The notes beneath the pieces were generated by a model. The model searched no databases. It worked only from the letters and a program-made list of their open reading frames with translations, and had not been told where the DNA came from. 64,000 bases of DNA from Spongospora subterranea f. sp. subterranea (taxonomy: Eukaryota): the NCBI GenBank assembly GCA_049724395.1, contig JAUGWO010000084.1, forward strand, positions 1-64,000, in the 5' to 3' direction. This document shows, piece after piece, positions 63,140 to 64,000 of the stretch. Position numbers and translations under genes: made by a program. Positions within the stretch are counted from its first letter, which is position 1; each line of letters begins with the position of its first letter.

Positions 63140-63769
63140 ATGTTATCGAAATATTTGATGATCGCGGCCGTTGCCCTGTCGGCCATTGCCAACGCCGGCG
63201 AGACCATGATCACTGTGGAACACGGTGATGGGCACGTCGATAATACAGTGAGGGAAGCGGGGACCGGGATCGCCGATATCGCTCGGCTCCATCACGAGAA
63301 GATCCACACCGGTCGGGGGCTGTCCGACAATCACCTGGTCAACGATCACGGGGAGTTTCATCGTCAGGACCTCGGTCTCGGCGAGCACGAGAACATCCTT
63401 CATGAGTCGTTGAACGATCACGACCACGAACACGACCACGAACACGCGTTCGTCGGTCATCTGGCCGGCGATCACGGGCACGGGCTAGAGGAGGTTCACC
63501 ATGCCCTGCACGGGCATGAAGGCCACGATGGACACGGTTTCGGCCACGATGGACATGATGATGGACTCGGTTACGGCCACGATGGACATGGTCACGGTTT
63601 CGGCCACGAGGGACATGATGGACACGGTTTCGGCCACGATGGGCACGAGTTCGGGGGGCATCACAGTGACCACGATGGCATTGATGGTCATCATGGGCAC
63701 GATGAGTTCCCGACGCCGTTCGACGAGCACCACGAGCACGGGCACGACGGCGCCCATGGACATCACTGA
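63140..63769 (+). CDS. Secreted histidine/glycine/aspartate-rich protein, intronless
   Basis: Signal peptide MLSKYLMIAAVALSAIANA. The mature part is very rich in H/G/D/E with GH(D/E)GH(D)GHGFG repeats. Confidence 0.85.
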   Translation: MLSKYLMIAAVALSAIANAGETMITVEHGDGHVDNTVREAGTGIADIARLHHEKIHTGRGLSDNHLVNDHGEFHRQDLGLGEHENILHESLNDHDHEHDHEHAFVGHLAGDHGHGLEEVHHALHGHEGHDGHGFGHDGHDDGLGYGHDGHGHGFGHEGHDGHGFGHDGHEFGGHHSDHDGIDGHHGHDEFPTPFDEHHEHGHDGAHGHH

Positions 63770-64000
63770 TTGAGGGGGATCGTCGTCCCAGATTAACTAA
63801 TATCAACATCAATACAGAAAAGGGCCAGCCCACTTCCGTCATGTCATTTGCAATTGAAATGTGACGCATTGTCCTCACAGATAGGACCGTGTTCTGGATT
63901 ATCCGCTCACGGCACTCGCATTGTCCCAGATATGTCGACACACATTGTCGACTTGTTTGGCGCCACAGGCTGAGAACTGATACGAGTAGCGCCGAGATTT

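Noticed and set aside
63339..63941. Arg-rich and other alternative-frame ORFs over the His-rich gene
   Set aside because: Shadow frames of a low-complexity coding sequence. Only the + frame has a signal peptide.
1..64000. tRNA, rRNA or snRNA genes
   Set aside because: None recognised by eye. tRNAscan-SE and Infernal would be needed to exclude them.

Overview
Eukaryotic genomic DNA with short GT-AG introns (~50-70 nt) and flagellar genes (NME7, a Dpy-30 radial-spoke-like gene, an AKAP14-like gene). This fits a zoosporic protist such as a phytomyxid/plasmodiophorid, but that is inference only. Layout: (i) 1-3 kb, IS630/Tc1-like transposase remnants in an inverted duplication; (ii) 3.5-6.4 kb, Gemin7, NME7 and a hemerythrin-domain gene; (iii) 6.8-21.6 kb, a satellite-rich block with one repeat family in three unit lengths, plus a 29-bp minisatellite and embedded genes; (iv) 21.8-43.1 kb, a gene-dense block (FolC, MRE11, ADO/PCO, aquaporin, Grx-like, TOPORS-like RING, acyl-CoA oxidase, EMC1, MON2/BIG-like); (v) 43.4-61 kb, a mosaic of Harbinger-like, pogo, DD39D mariner, Penelope-like and copia fragments around a bacterial-type fused anthranilate synthase TrpE(G); (vi) an AKAP14-like gene and a secreted His/Gly-rich protein. 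Main unexplained signals: four separate fold-back duplications, each in TE or TE-like sequence and none seen in host genes (candidate hairpin/siRNA loci); a ~2-kb satellite grown from a mariner terminal repeat; and a probable horizontally acquired trpEG with a 5' intron. Exon boundaries and copy numbers were read by eye and are approximate.
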